A DNA stretch of 64,000 bases from Opitutaceae bacterium (lineage in GTDB: Bacteria; Verrucomicrobiota; Verrucomicrobiia; Opitutales; Opitutaceae): the NCBI GenBank assembly GCA_028691845.1, contig JAQUYL010000018.1:2814-66813 (forward strand), written 5' to 3'. How positions within the stretch are numbered: the stretch's first letter is position 1; each line of letters starts with the position of its first letter. Shown piece by piece: positions 59,217 to 64,000 of this stretch. The notes under the pieces were generated by a model that worked only from the letters and a program-made list of their open reading frames with translations, ran no database searches and had not been told where the DNA came from. The translations under genes were made by a program, and so were the position numbers.

Positions 59217-61406
59217 TCAGCTGGCGGGAGCTGCGGGTGCTGCCGCCGATGGCGGGGCGGGTTGCCAGAAGTAATGGCCGCTCTTAATCCGGTCATAGCG
59301 GATCCAAATGGCCAAAGCTGCAAGAGCCAGCATCACCACCAGCAGGATAGTCTGCCGGCGGCGTTTGACCGCTTCCTTGTCCTCATAGGGATCCTCCAGC
59401 GAGCGGTGAGAACCCGGAGGCAGCACAGCCAGGTCTGTCAGGGCTGTGCCGAACGGAATATTAATCGCCACGCGACCGTTCACCGCCCAGCCGTTTCCCT
59501 CGAGAATCGGGCCGAGGGTACGCTGACGGAGCTTTAGCCAGGCAATGATCATCGACGGGGCGGAAATCACGAGTATAAGGCCGACGAGCACCAGCGGGTA
59601 TTGCCACGCCTTGAGTTGAAAGACGTAACCGAGAATCAAGGTGAGCGCACTGATGGCACCGGTGATGGCCACGCCGATGGCGGCGACAGCGCCTACATCC
59701 ACCTTTTTGGGCGGTTCGGGAGCTTTTGACTTGTCGGCGTTGGCGGTTTTCTCGGCAGCCGTGGCGAGTTTGGCGCCCGAGGCTGCTTCGGCGGCAGCGG
59801 CACGCTTGGCCACCTGCTCCTCGATCATTCGGACGAATTTCTTGTAGGGCGACCAGAACGCCTGCCGAATACTGATCGGATTATCCACGATGCTGGTGAT
59901 CACAGCGTCCCAGTCGCGGCCCTTCCTATCGTAGAACACGCCATGCCGGCCGACAAACAAGTAGTCGCTGTCGCCTTGAGTGAAACAGGCCGCGATGTTC
60001 ATGGTCAGACCACCAGGACGTGTGCACGTACAGAAGGCGATGTAGGCTTTGCTCATGGCGGCAAGCGCATTCGGGCCGTCGACCCGGACGCAGAGTTCCG
60101 TGCTGCGACTGTCCAAATAGAGGGTGCCCGCCTGAAAGATCGCCCACCGATCGCGTGAATAAAAGTCGGCAAAATTGACGAAATTGTGCAGTAAGGCACG
60201 TAAATCGCGATAATAACGCGCGAGCCTTTCCACGTCGCCAATGGCTTTGAACTCCGGCTCAAGAGCCTTATCCTGAGCTATAAGAGCGACCAGTGCTTCT
60301 CGCCCCGATCCCGCAATGATTGACTGTGCCCTGGCTGGTCCCAGTTTTTCGCAGGCTGCGCCGGCTTTCGTCCCGATCCACGCCTCGTAAGCAGAAAACT
60401 TCCTGCAAAGAGCAATCCATTCACTTTCGGCAAGCGAGGTTTTGCCTGCCCCGAATATCGGCGTCACGACTGCAGTATGCAGCTGTGCGAGTGCATAGGC
60501 CCACGCTGGATTCGCTCCCTCGAGCAAGGGGAGCGGTTTGCCCGGTTCAATGCGAGCCAATGGGAAACCGGCGACTTCGGCAGCCGTGATCGTCATGTCT
60601 TTGGCTGCAATCGCTAGGTATTCCGTTTCCTGGCGATTGAGTGCACTAAGTGCCCTCGCATCAAACGCAGCCAGCCGACAGCGCGCAAAGTAATCGTCGA
60701 CCTTGAGGCGTACTGCCTTGAACGACTCGAATGCCGCTCCAGTCGCTTCGCCAAGAACGGCGATTTCGGGCGCGGTCCCTTTCCCCGCCCAAGTCACATA
60801 CGCTGCCAGCTCTTTGAAAAAGGCTTCCACCTTCTCCGCTGTTACCCCGATGGAACCCGTAAGGTCGGCCACTCCCCCCACGCAGGCGATGATATCGGCA
60901 ATAAGTGCCTTGGTCTCCTCGTCCATGGCGGCTTGGGGTGGGACGACGCCGTCGCCATTCAGCGAGTTCGCGGCAAAGATCTTCGCCGTGTCACAGCTAT
61001 CAACGACGGAAACGCTAACCGCCTCCTTCTTGCCCAGATTGGCGAGTATCTGCTTCGCCGAGGCGAGCACAGCCCTGCCCTCTGTGGTCGCATCATTGAT
61101 GGCGGAGAGGGGCAGCGAGTCGCTACCCTTCAATAGATCACCCGCCTCCTTCAGGCGAATGGCGGCCCATTTGATTGCTCCGCATAATTCTGGCACACGG
61201 ATGCGTCCATCGCCATCCGTATCTATTAACGCAAGGGTTTTCTCGTCAATTTCAAGCCCCTTGATTGGGCAACTCAGAGCCACCCACAATTTTTGATCTA
61301 ATGACTCCAGATTGAGCAGATCGGCCCCTGTTTCAAGAGTCACCTGGTCAAGTCCACCGCTGCGAAAAAATTTCCAACTATGGGTTTGGGGGGTGTTTTG
61401 TGACAT
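59217..61406 (-). CDS. large conserved-hypothetical membrane protein with a canonical EF-hand loop
   Basis: The ATG at 61406 gives MSQNTPQTHSWKFFRSGGLDQV.... EF-hand loop DTDGDGRIRVPE. Soluble region of about 560 aa, then 3 predicted TM helices (VGAVAAIGVAITGAISALTLILGYVF, YPLVLVGLILVISAPSMIIAWL, ILLVVMLALAALAIWI). Confidence 0.75.
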   Translation of the reverse strand: MSQNTPQTHSWKFFRSGGLDQVTLETGADLLNLESLDQKLWVALSCPIKGLEIDEKTLALIDTDGDGRIRVPELCGAIKWAAIRLKEAGDLLKGSDSLPLSAINDATTEGRAVLASAKQILANLGKKEAVSVSVVDSCDTAKIFAANSLNGDGVVPPQAAMDEETKALIADIIACVGGVADLTGSIGVTAEKVEAFFKELAAYVTWAGKGTAPEIAVLGEATGAAFESFKAVRLKVDDYFARCRLAAFDARALSALNRQETEYLAIAAKDMTITAAEVAGFPLARIEPGKPLPLLEGANPAWAYALAQLHTAVVTPIFGAGKTSLAESEWIALCRKFSAYEAWIGTKAGAACEKLGPARAQSIIAGSGREALVALIAQDKALEPEFKAIGDVERLARYYRDLRALLHNFVNFADFYSRDRWAIFQAGTLYLDSRSTELCVRVDGPNALAAMSKAYIAFCTCTRPGGLTMNIAACFTQGDSDYLFVGRHGVFYDRKGRDWDAVITSIVDNPISIRQAFWSPYKKFVRMIEEQVAKRAAAAEAASGAKLATAAEKTANADKSKAPEPPKKVDVGAVAAIGVAITGAISALTLILGYVFQLKAWQYPLVLVGLILVISAPSMIIAWLKLRQRTLGPILEGNGWAVNGRVAINIPFGTALTDLAVLPPGSHRSLEDPYEDKEAVKRRRQTILLVVMLALAALAIWIRYDRIKSGHYFWQPAPPSAAAPAAPAS

Positions 61407-61633
61407 TGTCAGTATATTTGCATATAGGTTTGTTAAGTCGCCGAAAAGAAGCAACTTCATAACAACCTGCATCCACTATCGAAACTCAACGCCGGTCACG
61501 CGATGCCGTACTGCCGTGGGCCCTTCACGATGAAGGGCTGATTGATGCCAGAATGAACGAGCCCGGAGCCTTCTCCCTGCTCCTTCAGGATTCCAATCAG
61601 CAGTTTGATTTCCGCGTAACCGCTACTTCGAAA

Positions 61634-62818
61634 TCACTCCAATTTCTTTAACTGCTCTCTGACCACCTCAGCGGTCAGAGGCAGGTATTTCCCATCACGC
61701 TGCACTTCCCCCTGCCCTTCCTGGCTCAGGGCATATCTGATAAATTCCTTCACTTTTGGATCCATTTGTGTCCCTGGCTTCACGCTCACGTAAAAATACT
61801 GCTGTGTGTAAAAAGGATAGCTCAGGTTTTGGACATTCTCGATCGTGTGCTCGACGTAGGGCTCCCCATCGTTCGCCGCCAACGGCAGACGTCTAACCTT
61901 GGGCCGGTCGCCCCGGTAACGATTAAAGCCCATTCCATACGGATCACGGCCCAAAGCCTCCGTAATCTGGTCCGCCTCAACGATGCGCGTCCCGTCGGGT
62001 TTAACTATGTTCCCGTAGGCGTGCATATTTTCATTCCACTTGTCACTCCCCTTGAGAACCTTGTCGGAAAAGTCCGTGGCTGTATTGTACCGTGGAGAGA
62101 AGCTGTACAGGTTGATCGACTTGTCCGCCCAGTCGCCCGTCAGCCCCAGCTGGCCCCACTTGCGAATATTCTTTTCGGGACCGCGTGCCCAATCCGGACG
62201 AAAGTTGGTGCCCGCCCAGCCGCCATCGCGGGCCGAGCCAAACACACCGTCGAGCTGCTGCATCGAAATCCCCTTCAGCGGATTGATCTCGTTAACCAAG
62301 ATCACATAGGAATTCTCCCATCCCCCTACATCGTAGGAGCCAGTGACCGCCGTGATTTCGGTGGGATCAAAGCTCAACATCCGCTCATGGGACAAAAGAT
62401 CGTAAAAACTGGGCCGATGGCCCATGACCAGATCGGCTTGATTGTAATAGAGTGCGGAAAACGCGATCGCAGATGTAGGAAGGTAAAACGAAATTCTGAT
62501 CCCCGGCTGGTACTTCGCAAAGCCCTGTTGCCAGTATTCACCGAGCATGCCGTCGCTCAAATAGTTATTGCCATGGAGGCGAATCCAACCGGTAAGCAGT
62601 TCCTTCGGCGCGTAGTGGGGCAGCCCGCTCAGGTCAAATTTCTTGGTATAGTGGGCTTTTTTGCCGCGCTCATAGATAACCTTCGCACGGTCTGACTGGG
62701 CCCGCAAGGCACTCTCGGTGTCGGCGGATTGTCGGGGCTGGGCCAGCGCATACCCCGGAGCCAGCAGGGTTGCCACTGCAAGGATCACAGACGGAATCAT
62801 TGATACAGGCGTTTTCAT
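61634..62818 (-). CDS. PstS-family (PBP-like 2) substrate-binding protein, secreted; paralogue of 22580..23752
   Basis: The ATG at 62818 gives MKTPVSMIPSVILAVATLLAPGYALAQ. Long blocks are shared with the other copy (KKFDLSGLPHY, TGSYDVGGW, LDGVFG-ARDGGW, WGQLGLTGDWA, EFIR--LSQEGQ--VQRDGKYLPLTAE). Confidence 0.75.
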   Translation of the reverse strand: MKTPVSMIPSVILAVATLLAPGYALAQPRQSADTESALRAQSDRAKVIYERGKKAHYTKKFDLSGLPHYAPKELLTGWIRLHGNNYLSDGMLGEYWQQGFAKYQPGIRISFYLPTSAIAFSALYYNQADLVMGHRPSFYDLLSHERMLSFDPTEITAVTGSYDVGGWENSYVILVNEINPLKGISMQQLDGVFGSARDGGWAGTNFRPDWARGPEKNIRKWGQLGLTGDWADKSINLYSFSPRYNTATDFSDKVLKGSDKWNENMHAYGNIVKPDGTRIVEADQITEALGRDPYGMGFNRYRGDRPKVRRLPLAANDGEPYVEHTIENVQNLSYPFYTQQYFYVSVKPGTQMDPKVKEFIRYALSQEGQGEVQRDGKYLPLTAEVVREQLKKLE

Positions 62819-62950
62819 ATTCGGGATACACTCAGGGGAATTGATCAAATAATCTGACTTAAAGATAAATAAACAGGCAGACACAATCAAGCACCCTTGT
62901 ATACAGCTGTGAATTTTTCGTCACCGTGGTCGATAAAAAGAGCGCAGCAA

Positions 62951-62997
62951 CCAGGAAATAAAAAAGAGGCCCGATCCTTTTTTCAAAGAATCGGGCC
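62951..62997 (-). terminator. rho-independent terminator of the rRNA operon
   Basis: Minus-strand transcript GGCCCGAU-(14-nt loop)-AUCGGGCC followed by UCUUUUUUAUUU, immediately after the 5S gene. Confidence 0.8.
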
Positions 62998-63000
62998 ATA

Positions 63001-63119
63001 AACCTGGCAACAACCTACTCTCGCGGGACCTATCGTCCTACTACCATTGGCTGCTCGGGGCTTAACGGCCGTGTTCGGGATGGGAACGGGTGGAACCCCC
63101 GGCAAATGGTCACCAGGAA
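63001..63119 (-). rRNA. rrf: 5S ribosomal RNA
   Basis: The reverse complement reads CTTCCTGGTGACCATTTGCCGGGGGTTCCACCCGTTCCCATCCCGAACACGGCCGTTAAGCCCCGAGCAGCCAATGGTAGTAGGACGATAGGTCCCGCGAGAGTAGGTTGTTGCCAGGTT, with the conserved CCGAAC and GAGAGTAGG elements and a closing helix I. Confidence 0.92.
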
Positions 63120-63197
63120 GTGTATCTCCTAACGGAGAAATAATCAGAAAGTTTACAGGAAAACAAGTGGGTGAAATAAACGCCCAGAAATCAAGCG

Positions 63198-64000
<803 letters not shown>

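Overview
High-GC bacterial chromosomal window. The gene content suggests a Verrucomicrobiota (Opitutales-like) genome, but this is an inference: a PEP-CTERM protein, a sulfatase-like gene, a GldA/F/G-type ABC module with a DUF4340 partner, and short ParE/ParC-type topoisomerase IV genes. About 45 genes can be supported, and most are housekeeping. They include pyrG (edge-truncated and absent from the supplied ORF track), a PfkB kinase, proA, birA, a hybrid sensor kinase, def, a PduO-type adenosyltransferase, a GAF/PAS class III nucleotidyl cyclase, PIN-PhoH, ABC-F uup, rraA, a CoA-transferase, cfa, cytochrome c, korAB, an SNF2 helicase, parE/parC and a class B acid phosphatase. The window ends in the 3' end of a minus-strand rRNA operon (partial 23S, 5S, terminator).

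Many long ORFs in the track are antisense or out-of-frame shadows typical of high-GC DNA, and I did not call them. The most interesting candidate is a tightly coupled minus-strand gene pair at 24832..27960. Its transmembrane segments look like an ion-driven stator (MotA/ExbB-like helix pair plus a MotB/ExbD-like single helix with an embedded Asp), but its domain architecture is unlike any characterised stator.

Other notable points:
- an in-frame TGA splits a PEP-CTERM gene
- a sulfatase homologue lacks the formylglycine Cys and a metal-ligand Asp
- an 836-bp palindrome-rich spacer separates parE from parC
- a large EF-hand membrane protein has no assignable function
- a phoH2 / 36-aa-repeat coiled-coil / cyclase operon
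- two orphan PstS-like paralogues
- several decayed genes (a TonB-dependent receptor fragment and a multiply disrupted NAD(P)H-binding oxidoreductase)

All homology statements come from reading the translations by eye. No database search was run.
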